Below, piece by piece: positions 1 through 8,825 of a stretch of DNA of 32,000 nucleotides. The notes below the pieces were generated by a model. That model was not told the DNA's origin. It saw only the letters and a program-made list of their open reading frames with translations, and made no database searches. Source of the stretch: Promethearchaeum syntrophicum (GTDB taxonomy: Archaea > Asgardarchaeota > Lokiarchaeia > Sigyniarchaeales > Promethearchaeaceae). The DNA lies in assembly GCF_008000775.2 (NCBI RefSeq), contig NZ_CP042905.2, positions 1,500,001 through 1,532,000 of the forward strand, read 5' to 3'. Both the position numbers and the translations under genes were made by a program. Position 1 is the first letter of the stretch; each line of letters begins with the position of its first letter.

Positions 1-662
1 CAATTGGCACATATTGGAACAAATTCATCAACCACTTGAGTAAGGGCATCCAATTTTTCTTTATTTGCTTGCATTAATAATTTCATTAGATTATGCGATA
101 GATTATAAATGAGAATAGATCCCACAAAACTAAGATTGAGCGTAATCAATCCAAAGAAAATATAAAAAAAAGCCCCTGTTTCTTCTTCGGGAGTTAATCG
201 ATATACCATTGCACTAAAATGCACAATATAAAGAATATTTGCAATGATCGTATGAATAATTATTTGTCTTCGCTGAATTGCATATAGTCCAAGAAGTAGG
301 ATAGTAACTAATAGTAGGGAAATCATTTCATATAAGCGTGATAATGGCATTATTTGATCAGAATACAAAGCTTGAAAAATATAATACCAAAAAAAAGACA
401 CAATGATTAAAGAATATGAATAAACTGCCAATTTTGGATGTCCATGTTTAATAAAAAAGAACATTAAAATTGCAGCAACTAAATTAGTAAGATCGCCCCC
501 CAACATCCACCATCGAAAAGTGTTTAAAAAAGTATTTAAAAGTTGCACGCACATTACTGTAAAAACAAAACCAGCAAGTATAAATAAATATTCCATTTTT
601 TTCTGAATTTCATAACCTTCATCTTGATATTTTTCAAACAAATATGAACGAATTTTATTCAT
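1..662 (-). CDS. Multi-pass membrane protein; its 3' end runs off the left window edge (about 220 N-terminal residues visible)
   Basis: Hand translation of the minus strand gives an open frame from ATG at 662 (MNKIRSYLFEKYQDEGYEIQKK; alternative ATG at 596, MEYLFILAGFVF...) to position 1 with no stop. It has several hydrophobic segments, then ...NKEKLDALTQVVDEFVPICAN at the edge. It is absent from the ORF track because it is open-ended. Confidence 0.6.
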   Translation of the reverse strand, partial: MNKIRSYLFEKYQDEGYEIQKKMEYLFILAGFVFTVMCVQLLNTFLNTFRWWMLGGDLTNLVAAILMFFFIKHGHPKLAVYSYSLIIVSFFWYYIFQALYSDQIMPLSRLYEMISLLLVTILLLGLYAIQRRQIIIHTIIANILYIVHFSAMVYRLTPEEETGAFFYIFFGLITLNLSFVGSILIYNLSHNLMKLLMQANKEKLDALTQVVDEFVPICAN

Positions 663-949
663 TATTCTTTAAAACAGATGGATTCCTAAATAGATGCTGT
701 TCTGTCTTTAAATATTTGTTAATCCTTTTTAGAATAAGAATTTCTCTCCTATTTGAGATATTACATCCAATTTTATATTTAAAATGTTTAAATCTGAAAA
801 TGCTGAATTTTTCAACATTTACTGTAATTCTTTCTTCACAATAAAATCAGATATACCAATGCAATTTCCATACCCGAGAAACATAGAATTTTGAATGATG
901 GAATTGCCTTTATTTTAATAATAAGAGAATTTAAGTTGAAACAAATATT

Positions 950-971
950 TTTATGAATAATTATTCATAAA
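950..971. promoter_or_regulatory. Perfect 22-bp AT-rich palindrome just upstream of the small ferredoxin ORF
   Basis: TTTATGAATAATTATTCATAAA reads identically on both strands and ends 10 nt before the ATG at 981. Confidence 0.3.
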
Positions 972-980
972 GTGTTAAAT

Positions 981-1145
981 ATGCAGTGGAAGATTGAAGA
1001 TGGTTGTATGGGATGTGGAATATGCACATTTCAATGTCCTGATGGTTTAAAGATGGATAATGGAGTTGCACGAATAATCAATGATTCGTCAACATGCTTA
1101 GTACGAGCTGCGGAAGTATGCCCTAGGCAAATTATCCATCAATGA
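981..1145 (+). CDS. Small 4Fe-4S ferredoxin-like protein (54 aa)
   Basis: Hand translation: MQWKIEDGCMGCGICTFQCPDGLKMDNGVARIINDSSTCLVRAAEVCPRQIIHQ. It has a CxxCxxCxxxCP motif plus a distal C...CP, typical of small mono-cluster ferredoxins. It is below the 60-aa cutoff of the ORF track. Confidence 0.6.
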   Translation: MQWKIEDGCMGCGICTFQCPDGLKMDNGVARIINDSSTCLVRAAEVCPRQIIHQ

Positions 1146-1399
1146 TATCAATTGATAATATACAAAATTAGTCAAATTCGATTCTAAATGTCCATGGAAT
1201 TTTTTATTATATTTTTTTTTGAAGTTCCTTAAATTACGATTTTTTGCTTTATTTTGAAGAAGGTCATTTCTCCAACTCAACTCCTTCGCCATTTTCATCT
1301 TAAACATGATTTTTACTTATAGAAAAGGAAAGCTCTTTGAATTTGTGTAATTTTGGAATTCATACTTAGGAATCCATCACCAAAAGACTTTTTGGAGCA

Positions 1400-1954
1400 C
1401 TTAGCACTCCGAAAGTATTAAATAATCTGCCGACAAAATAATAATTACCGCCAATCTACTCGTTGCAGGCGGATCCCAAGGGGACTGGAGAACAATGTTC
1501 TTTTTATGTGACTCGGTTCGCCCGATCATATCGAAAAAAAATTTGTCATTCCTTTGCGTGAGATCCGAATTCCAAGACCATTCTTGGGATTTGAAGCTCG
1601 AGGTCACCCATCTTTCAAAGACTTTGGCTAACCTCCGTGAAAACTTACAGGGAAGATCCACAGAAAGCTTCTTTTCCAGGTGATCACGGGAGTGGTCATT
1701 TAATAAAATATTGTCACGCCTCACAGCATTGGATGCAGAGCCTTTTGGGATCTTTTTTGGCTTTGCATCCGCTTTGAGGGTCTGAACAGACCGTGTAAGG
1801 ACCAATCCCTTGTGAGATCCGCGTGAAATGGTGTGATATTGGCGAAAATCCTTTCATTGGTAAAAAATCCGACCAAAAGAAAGAATTGAGAGCAATTGCA
1901 ACGAACAATTGCTCTCGGTGATGGATTCAATCAACCTGAATCCAGTGAGTTACA
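1400..1954 (+). ncRNA. Candidate structured non-coding RNA (bridge-RNA-like) in the left non-coding end of the IS110 element
   Basis: Several clean hairpins: GAGAGCAATTG-7nt-CAATTGCTCTC (1888-1916), TGGATTCA-7nt-TGAATCCA (1922-1944), GGTCTG-AA-CAGACC (about 1779-1792) and CCAAGA-CCAT-TCTTGG (about 1572-1587). The track ORFs here overlap each other on both strands and have no recognisable motifs. Confidence 0.3.
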
Positions 1955-3490
1955 ATGAGTCATAATCCCTCAAAAAGCTTTAGGAAAAAAACAACCCGTC
2001 GAAAATCCAGGAGAAGTTCTCAAGGATCTACTTCATCTGGTGCTGAAATTGAAATTGTCCGATATGGGGTCGGCTTAGATGTTCATAAGGAGAACATTGT
2101 GGTGAGTGTCGCGGCCCAAACTGAGCAAAACTTGATTATTCAAATTCGAACCCATAAATTTCGAAATCAACCTCAAGGATTGCAGGAATTAACCCAGTTC
2201 TTACAGAAATATCTTCCCGTTTCCCATTATTTAATGGAATGCACAGGCATATATCATCGACCTGTATATCACGCCTTGGAAGATGCATTTCCGAATTCAA
2301 AGACGAAAATTATTGCAATGAATCCATTATTGGTCCACCGTAAATTGACCGATTTGGGAAACAAACATGATAAAGCAGATGCTCAAGGCATGGCAGAACT
2401 TAGCTTCTACGATCGATTAATACGACCAAGTTATATCGGTACTCCCGAGTTTTTCCATTTGCGGGATACTCTGCGAAATTACAAGCATGCAAAGAAAGCA
2501 GCTAATAAATACGTGAATCGTATTCATCGAGTATTATGCAGTGTCAATTTCATGCATAAACTTAATCTTCATCATGAATGGGAATTACACTTGCTCGATT
2601 TTATGATTACAACTGAAGGTCCGATGAAACGGGCATTTAAAGCAATGGTAGAATCATCTCAGTTAGAAAAGCGATCAATCAGCAGCTTGATGAAACATCA
2701 AGATGATTATGTGCCTTATTTTAACATAGAACTTCCCAAAACTTCTCGGTTCAACTTGCGACAATTAGTCATCCAATATCTCCAAGCAGAAACAAATGCT
2801 GCCCAATATTTATTGCAAACCGAAAAACAAATTCTTAAGGATGCTGAATTCGAATATTGGTACCTCCAACTTCTCCGAATTCCCTGTGTAGGGCAAGTTT
2901 CCGCCTTGCGTTTAATTACTGAATTAGGGGATTTTCGACGGTTTGTCAATTGGAAGGCTTTTGCTAAATATTGCGGAGTAGTTCCTGAAATAAAGGAAAG
3001 TGGAGGAACATTTACTCCCGGTCATATCAATCGGTTTACTAATACTCATCTTCGGACCGCCTTATCACAAATTGCCATGTTATATGTCAACGGTTATGCC
3101 AAGGGAAGCGACTTAGCTAAATTTGCTCATCGCCAGTATGTTTTAAGAGGACTTCCTTACAAGAAAGCCGTGATGCGAGTGGCTCAAAAACTCAGTCGCA
3201 TTATATATCAAGTCCTAGTAAATAATGTTTCCTATGATGCGACTTTTGAACAAACCAAGGCGAAAATACAGCGATTGCAGCGCCGAAATACCAAACACGG
3301 TACAATGTTAGAATTTCCCCAAACTCGCAGTCTCCGTCGTGATATATCTCAACTTTTGGTTACCAACTCACAATATATGACCTCCAAAAGTCGCTTCTTC
3401 TTGATAAAGGGTTTCCAACAATTGATACGGAAGGCAAATGTAGTGGAACTGCAAGGGACTAAGGTGGATTCAAAAAAAAATAAGATTTAG
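1955..3490 (+). CDS. IS110-family transposase (DEDD RuvC-like N-domain plus Transposase_20 C-domain)
   Basis: N-domain motifs are VGLDVHK, MECTGIYH and KHDKADAQGMAEL. The C-domain has IPCVGQVSALRLITELGDFRRFVNWKAFAKYCGVVPEIKESGG, the family hallmark. An unusual 36-aa basic N-terminal extension is present (KKTTRRKSRRSS). Confidence 0.9.
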   Translation: MSHNPSKSFRKKTTRRKSRRSSQGSTSSGAEIEIVRYGVGLDVHKENIVVSVAAQTEQNLIIQIRTHKFRNQPQGLQELTQFLQKYLPVSHYLMECTGIYHRPVYHALEDAFPNSKTKIIAMNPLLVHRKLTDLGNKHDKADAQGMAELSFYDRLIRPSYIGTPEFFHLRDTLRNYKHAKKAANKYVNRIHRVLCSVNFMHKLNLHHEWELHLLDFMITTEGPMKRAFKAMVESSQLEKRSISSLMKHQDDYVPYFNIELPKTSRFNLRQLVIQYLQAETNAAQYLLQTEKQILKDAEFEYWYLQLLRIPCVGQVSALRLITELGDFRRFVNWKAFAKYCGVVPEIKESGGTFTPGHINRFTNTHLRTALSQIAMLYVNGYAKGSDLAKFAHRQYVLRGLPYKKAVMRVAQKLSRIIYQVLVNNVSYDATFEQTKAKIQRLQRRNTKHGTMLEFPQTRSLRRDISQLLVTNSQYMTSKSRFFLIKGFQQLIRKANVVELQGTKVDSKKNKI

Positions 3491-3498
3491 TCTTTAAT

Positions 3499-3539
3499 GG
3501 GGGTCAACGACCCCCAGGCTAAATTTTTTTTCTTTTTTT
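3499..3539 (+). terminator. Hairpin plus oligo-T tracts after the transposase stop
   Basis: GGGGGTC-AAC-GACCCCC (3499-3515) is followed by T8 and T7 runs (3524-3539). Confidence 0.5.
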
Positions 3540-3713
3540 CTTTCAATTTTAGGAAACATTTTCATTCTGTATTAATCACATAAAACAGGTTCTAATTTTC
3601 CCCTGTTCGATTTATCCGTAAGCAAATCTTCCATTGTTTCCAGCTAATATCATTTTATTTGATTGGTTTGCAATTTGCACAAACTAGAACGAATTCATCA
3701 ACAACTTGAGTAA
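3540..3713 (-). pseudogene. Decayed 3' fragment of a paralogue of the left-edge membrane protein gene
   Basis: Positions 3671-3713 match positions 1-43 at about 37 of 43 bases by eye. The translation is TQVVDEFVLVCANCKPIK-stop-NDISWKQ, with no start codon, a premature TAA at 3655-3657 and an apparent frameshift further on. Confidence 0.45.
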
Positions 3714-3741
3714 AAAAATTGATAATCAAGCAATTTTTAAT

Positions 3742-6700
3742 TTAATCCGAATTTAAATCTGAATTGCTTGAATTTTCCAACTTTTCGTTTATTTTTTTGT
3801 TTACAATAGATTCCAGTTTTTTCTTCTGATTCAAGCGGATCTTGATACCTATTATTCCAAAACCAAATGTCATAATTGTTCCAAGTATAGTCCAAAATAG
3901 ACCGTTCTTATAAAAAGGGACTTCATCACCAGGATCCATTGGATCAAGAGGATTTGTTTCATGCTCAATCTCCCATCCATCTTGATATCCATCTCCATCA
4001 GTATCTGCAATATTCGGATCGGTGTTATATTCATATTCTTGTAGATTTGTTAAAAGATCCAAATCTTTATCTTCATCTGCATCTTCAGCATCTCCAGCAT
4101 TAAATCCATTTTCATACTCCCATAGGTTAGGCATTCCATCTTCATCATAATCAAGTTCGGTATCATCAACCAGAGGATCAAGTCCACTGCTAACTTCATA
4201 GGCGTCATCCATTAAATCATTATCTGTATCATTATCAAAAGGATCTGTTCCCGCGTTAAACTCTTCTAAATTAGTGAGAGCATCTTCATCTTCATCATCA
4301 TTTGCATCATCTACAAGAGGGTCAAGTCCCTGCGTGATTTCATAACCATCATCCATTAAATCATTATCTGTATCATTATCAAAAGGATCTGTTCCTCTAT
4401 TAAATTCCTCTATATTCGTGAGTGTATCCGCATCTGCATCGTCATTAGCATCATTTACCAGCGGATCAAGTCCATTGTTTACTTCATAACCATCACCCAT
4501 TAAATCGTCATCAGTATCAATATTATTAGGATCTGTTCCTCTATTAAATTCCTCTATATTCGTGAGTGTATCCGCATCTGCATCGTCATTAGCATCATTT
4601 ACCAGTGGATCAAGATCATTGTCTACTTCATACCCATCATCCATTAGATCATCATCACTATCATCATCATTAGGATCAGTACCATGGACCTGAATTTCAT
4701 TATAATCATTAACATTGTCATCATCACTATCTGCATCAAAACGATCTGTAGGCTCATTTCCGTATCCATCATTTAATGTTCCGTAAACCTCCTCATAATC
4801 TAACAATCCGTCTGAATCCGAATCTTGATATAATGAAGAATCGGGATATTTCATGGGCAGATAATCGATACCTTTAGGTGTTATAATTACCGGATCATCG
4901 ATAATACCGTTTCCGTCAACATCCGGAGTTGTAACATTGTCCCAATAGTTTCCCTTTTCTGTATTGTTCCATGAATTACTTCCCAAGTCGTGTGCATGAA
5001 TGTTATTTGAATTAAATATATTTCCGTAAATTAAATTATAATTCACAGTGCTTTCATCTATAAAAATTCCTCTATCTGCATGATTTTGAATTCTATTATC
5101 ATAAAAAAGTCCTCCATTGCTTGAAGCAGTAAAATAAATGCCTCCTGCATTATTATCAAAAGTATTATTGAAAAATGTCGAATTTATGGATGTGTGAATG
5201 TAAGCTCCATATCCACCATTATTTTTAATTGTATTATTTTCAAAACTATTCCAATCTGCTCCATCTCTTAAATAAATACCTTGATACAAGTGATCTTCAA
5301 TAGTATTGTTAATAATCTCGTTTGAGGAAGACCCAAAGCGTAATTGAATTCCGTAACCATTATCCCTAATTTCACAATTTTTAATTTCATTATCTTCTGA
5401 ACTTCCTATATATACACCATAACCATTGTCTTTAATTTCACACTTGGTTATTATATTGTTTTGACCATTCTCTTCAATATTGATACCGTAAGTGCTCGTA
5501 AACATTTCATAATTATTATTAATAATGCAATTTTCAATAGTATTAAATGATGATCCATCCTGTAGAGAAATGCCTTCCCACCCATTACTCGCATTGCAAT
5601 CTTCAATAACAACATTATGGGAATTTATCAAAGTAATACCATGGGTTGCTTTAGATACATTTTGATTTTGAATTTGTGCAGTATCACACCCAATTAAGTA
5701 GATCTGACCCGCGTTTGTGAAATCTGAATTATCTAAATCATTCTGATTAACGTAATAATAGAATTTTCTTCCATTTACTGTATTATTTTCGGAATAAAAA
5801 GTGAGTGATTCTAATTCTTCATTTTCTCCAGAAATCTCATAGCCTCCACCGTTTATTAAAGCATTGCCTCCGAAAATTCCCCCATCAATGTTTACAATAT
5901 TAATTCCAATAACATTCTTGGCATCGACTGTATTATTATATACTTTCAGATCGGTAATTCCACTTAATGAGAGTCCATAACTCTGAAAGTGTCCATTTGT
6001 ATATACCGTGTTGTTTATAATAGTGAGATTAGTAATACTAGTTCTACAATCTATCCCTGTAGCAGAGTCTGCTGTTAAATCTATACTATTATTTTCGAGG
6101 AGAGTATCTTGGATATTTGAACGCACATTAATTCCATTATCATCACTTCCCGTGATTTGGTTATGTTTAACTTGGTTTCCATTTGAATACGTGTAAATAT
6201 CAATACCATCACCACAATCAATAATTGTGGTGTTAAGGATGAAATTATCATTAGAATACCAAGTCAAAAAAATTCCATCAAAAATATTAGACTCGAATGT
6301 ACTATCTGCAATCGTGTTATTCTTGCTATTCCAAGCTAGGTAGACACCAAAATCATTTGAAGATGACGTACAGTTTACTATTGTTCCGTTACATGTTTCT
6401 TCAAAATAGATTCCAGCATCTACAAACCCAGTAGCGGATACATTTTCAATTCTAAAATAATAATTTTTCGAATTCATGATTATTAAACCATCATCACTTC
6501 CAGGAGAGAGAATCAAATCTTCAATTACATAAGGATCCTCAAATGTTCCTGAACCGCTGCACCATGGTTGATTCACTGCCCAGTTCCAATTACCAGAATT
6601 TGAAGTGTTAAAGCCTTGTGTAGGATCAATAGTTAATGTGGTGTTAGTATAACTTGCATTTGGTTTATTTTGTGAGAAAGTAAAGTTAGATTCTAGTTCA

Positions 6701-6837
6701 TGATTGAACGCAACCAAAATAAGTGAATTTATTATCAAGCTTATCAAAATTATACCCAAGATTAGTGAACTCCTAGAAGATGATCTAATCTTTGGTCTCC
6801 AATTAAATTGTAATCTTATTTTCATGCATCCCATCAC
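3742..6837 (-). CDS. Large cell-surface protein: N-terminal signal/anchor, parallel beta-helix (PbH1/NosD-like) repeats, acidic calcium-binding-type repeats, C-terminal TM anchor
   Basis: The N-terminal hydrophobic segment is SLILGIILISLIINSLILVAF. There are many N-x-[ST] sequons and repeated NN.I..N...GI.L units typical of right-handed beta-helices. The Asp-rich region (DxDxDxxxD, thrombospondin-type-3-like) covers nt 3922-4824. The C-terminal TM is LFWTILGTIMTFGFGIIGIKI, followed by a Lys-rich tail. The track start at 6837 is GTG; ATGs lie at 6834 and 6825. Confidence 0.85.
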   Translation of the reverse strand: MMGCMKIRLQFNWRPKIRSSSRSSLILGIILISLIINSLILVAFNHELESNFTFSQNKPNASYTNTTLTIDPTQGFNTSNSGNWNWAVNQPWCSGSGTFEDPYVIEDLILSPGSDDGLIIMNSKNYYFRIENVSATGFVDAGIYFEETCNGTIVNCTSSSNDFGVYLAWNSKNNTIADSTFESNIFDGIFLTWYSNDNFILNTTIIDCGDGIDIYTYSNGNQVKHNQITGSDDNGINVRSNIQDTLLENNSIDLTADSATGIDCRTSITNLTIINNTVYTNGHFQSYGLSLSGITDLKVYNNTVDAKNVIGINIVNIDGGIFGGNALINGGGYEISGENEELESLTFYSENNTVNGRKFYYYVNQNDLDNSDFTNAGQIYLIGCDTAQIQNQNVSKATHGITLINSHNVVIEDCNASNGWEGISLQDGSSFNTIENCIINNNYEMFTSTYGINIEENGQNNIITKCEIKDNGYGVYIGSSEDNEIKNCEIRDNGYGIQLRFGSSSNEIINNTIEDHLYQGIYLRDGADWNSFENNTIKNNGGYGAYIHTSINSTFFNNTFDNNAGGIYFTASSNGGLFYDNRIQNHADRGIFIDESTVNYNLIYGNIFNSNNIHAHDLGSNSWNNTEKGNYWDNVTTPDVDGNGIIDDPVIITPKGIDYLPMKYPDSSLYQDSDSDGLLDYEEVYGTLNDGYGNEPTDRFDADSDDDNVNDYNEIQVHGTDPNDDDSDDDLMDDGYEVDNDLDPLVNDANDDADADTLTNIEEFNRGTDPNNIDTDDDLMGDGYEVNNGLDPLVNDANDDADADTLTNIEEFNRGTDPFDNDTDNDLMDDGYEITQGLDPLVDDANDDEDEDALTNLEEFNAGTDPFDNDTDNDLMDDAYEVSSGLDPLVDDTELDYDEDGMPNLWEYENGFNAGDAEDADEDKDLDLLTNLQEYEYNTDPNIADTDGDGYQDGWEIEHETNPLDPMDPGDEVPFYKNGLFWTILGTIMTFGFGIIGIKIRLNQKKKLESIVNKKINEKLENSSNSDLNSD
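4180..4611 (-). repeat. Three tandem 144-bp (48-aa) coding repeats inside the surface protein gene
   Basis: The units read DPLVNDANDDADADTLTNIEEFNRGTDP..DTD.DLM.DGYE....GL. Units at 4324-4467 and 4468-4611 share long identical DNA stretches (for example the run starting GGATCTGTTCC at 4385 and again at 4529). Confidence 0.85.
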
Positions 6838-6913
6838 GCAATTTTTCGGTTTAATCTAAAATATAATTAAATGCCTACATATTTTAGCAGATTAAATCCT
6901 AAAAAAATGATTA

Positions 6914-7714
6914 CTAGGGAATTCGTTTTTTGTGGATTCGTTTTACAATAATAGCAGCAAATGCTGCTGCCCCAAATCCATTATCAATATTTACCACTGC
7001 TAAGCCTGGAGAGCAAGATTGAAGCATTGTGGTGATCGCGCCCTTCCCTTTTTCTCCTATACCATATCCACTAGAACAAGGTATTCCAATGACTGGGATA
7101 TCTACTAAAGCAGAAACTATACCGGGTAAGGTTCCTTCCATTCCCGCGACTACAAGGATGACATCCACATTCCTAGTAATCATTTCTTTTAAAGCAGGAA
7201 AAATTCTATGCATTCCAGCGATCCCAACATCATAACTGTTTACAATAGTAATCCCCATAGCTTTAAGTAAGAGGGTTGCTTCTTCTGCCACAGGTATATC
7301 CGATGTACCTGCAGTAATTATTCCTACCGTGCCTTCTTGTTTATGGAAGCTATATGATTTTTTCGCAATATAGGCCGTTTTTGCCGTTTTGTTAAAGTCA
7401 CAAACAAAATCCTTCTTATCTTTGTAAATTGATTCTAATTTCCCAAAATATTCAAAAGGAAGTCGCGTAATAATAACGAAATTATTTTTATCGAGCATTT
7501 TTTTCGCAATTTCAAGAACCATGTTAACCGTTTTACTTTCAGCAAATATTACCTCGGGGATCCCAGTTCTTATGTGCCGACTAAAATCCAAATGAGCCAT
7601 TTTATCAAGTTCATCAATATAATCTAATTTTATCAATTCTTCTGCTTGTTCAATTGTGATTTCTTTGGATAATAACGCATCCAAAATCTCTTTAAGGGTT
7701 TTCATTAGGATCAA
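6914..7714 (-). CDS. larB: LarB-type AIR-carboxylase-like protein (nickel-pincer cofactor biosynthesis, pyridinium-3,5-biscarboxylic acid mononucleotide synthase)
   Basis: The PurE-like core includes GIITAGTSDIPVAEEA, DVGIAGMHRI, VVAGMEGTLPGIVSALVDIPVIGIPCSSGYG and NIDNGFGAAAFA. The track start at 7714 is TTG; the more likely ATG is at 7705 (MKTLKEILD). Confidence 0.75.
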   Translation of the reverse strand: MILMKTLKEILDALLSKEITIEQAEELIKLDYIDELDKMAHLDFSRHIRTGIPEVIFAESKTVNMVLEIAKKMLDKNNFVIITRLPFEYFGKLESIYKDKKDFVCDFNKTAKTAYIAKKSYSFHKQEGTVGIITAGTSDIPVAEEATLLLKAMGITIVNSYDVGIAGMHRIFPALKEMITRNVDVILVVAGMEGTLPGIVSALVDIPVIGIPCSSGYGIGEKGKGAITTMLQSCSPGLAVVNIDNGFGAAAFAAIIVKRIHKKRIP

Positions 7715-7751
7715 TATGGGTTATTTTAATTTATTAAATAGAATTTAATTA

Positions 7752-8804
7752 TTAATCATTAGGATTATTTTCACAATAATCCACAATATATTCATTTTCA
7801 TTTCTTTTTCGGATGTTGTCTAAATAATTTAATTTTAATGCGGTTTCTTGTTTTGTAATAACAGAAAAGCCTAATTTTTCATTATTATACTTGGTTGGAC
7901 CTTTAATCTTAGTTCTTTTATTAATGAAATCAATGTGGTTTTTGATTCTTCTCTTTATGTAGTTATTCGCAATAGGTTTTAAATTTTCAATATTTGATTC
8001 TATAATATCTTTCATAGAAATATCTATTTCAATCCCAATACTATTCCGTTCGGAAGTCATTGCCGCAATACTAGTTGTACCAGTTCCTAGAAAAGGATCA
8101 AGAATTGTATCTCCCTTTGTTGAGAACATATTAGCTAATCTATATGCCAATTCAAATGGGAAGGCTGCACTTCTTTTTCTTGTGAGTTTATTATTTAGAT
8201 TTTGTGAAATTCCTTTAAAATCCCAGATATCAGAGAACCAGATATTTCTCTCTTCCCAAAAATATGAACTTTCCCTACGATTTATCTTCCGATTTTCTTC
8301 TTTGAAATCTCTTTTATTGCCTTTTCTAAATATTAAAATAAATTCATGTTCTAAAGTAACATACGCCCCTGGAGGAAGCATTCCAGATCCCATGAATTTA
8401 TTAGGGGCATTGGTCTGTTTTCTCCATATAATTTCTGGTAAAGATTGAAATCCTAATTCTAAAAAATGCTCAATAATTCTTGCATGAGATGGAAAAAGTT
8501 GGAATTTTTTATCTATTGTTCTTGTTGCATCACCTATATTAATGCAAACAATTCCTCCCGGAACAATAACTCTAAATAATTCACACCAGACTTTCTTTAA
8601 TTCTTCATGCATAAGCTGAAATGCTTTCTCACTTTCGGATTTTTCCAAGGCATCTTTAATTTTGGAATTTTGATTGCAGAAAATTTCATCCCACATTTCA
8701 ATCATTGGATACGGTGGAGAAGTAATTACCAATTCAATAGATTCATCTTTAATTTCTCCTAGATTATCCGCAGATTTGTAAATAAATTTATGCGATGTGT
8801 TCAT
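7752..8804 (-). CDS. Beta-class DNA methyltransferase (N4/N6 family, SPPY motif)
   Basis: Motif IV (VITSPPYP) is near the N-terminus and motif I (DPFLGTGTTSIAA) near the C-terminus, which is the beta-class permutation of PF01555-type enzymes. Confidence 0.85.
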   Translation of the reverse strand: MNTSHKFIYKSADNLGEIKDESIELVITSPPYPMIEMWDEIFCNQNSKIKDALEKSESEKAFQLMHEELKKVWCELFRVIVPGGIVCINIGDATRTIDKKFQLFPSHARIIEHFLELGFQSLPEIIWRKQTNAPNKFMGSGMLPPGAYVTLEHEFILIFRKGNKRDFKEENRKINRRESSYFWEERNIWFSDIWDFKGISQNLNNKLTRKRSAAFPFELAYRLANMFSTKGDTILDPFLGTGTTSIAAMTSERNSIGIEIDISMKDIIESNIENLKPIANNYIKRRIKNHIDFINKRTKIKGPTKYNNEKLGFSVITKQETALKLNYLDNIRKRNENEYIVDYCENNPND

Positions 8805-8825
8805 GCTTATCTGTCCTGAGATATT

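Larger units (their letters stand above)
1390..3530 (+). mobile_element. IS110-family insertion sequence (boundaries approximate)
   Basis: A single DEDD/serine-type transposase ORF is preceded by a long GC-richer non-coding region and followed by a hairpin plus T-runs. Base composition is clearly richer in G+C than the flanks. The IS110 family lacks classical terminal inverted repeats, so the ends cannot be fixed by eye. Confidence 0.65.

Noticed and set aside
644-1307. ORFs 644..844(+) and 1098..1307(-).
   Set aside because: Their translations are low-complexity and AT-driven. The first overlaps the 5' end of the left-edge membrane gene (start at 662) and the second overlaps the 3' end of the ferredoxin ORF. 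Neither has motifs or plausible start signals.
1401-1930. Track ORFs 1401..1805(-), 1495..1683(+), 1714..1908(-) and 1721..1930(-) as possible genes.
   Set aside because: They overlap one another on both strands and in different frames, show no motifs, and sit in the GC-richer non-coding end of the IS110 element, where stop codons are rarer by composition.
6914-7714. I considered a complete lar (nickel-pincer cofactor) cluster.
   Set aside because: Only larB is recognisable. No LarC, LarE or LarA-like sequences are seen in the window, so no pathway-level claim is made.
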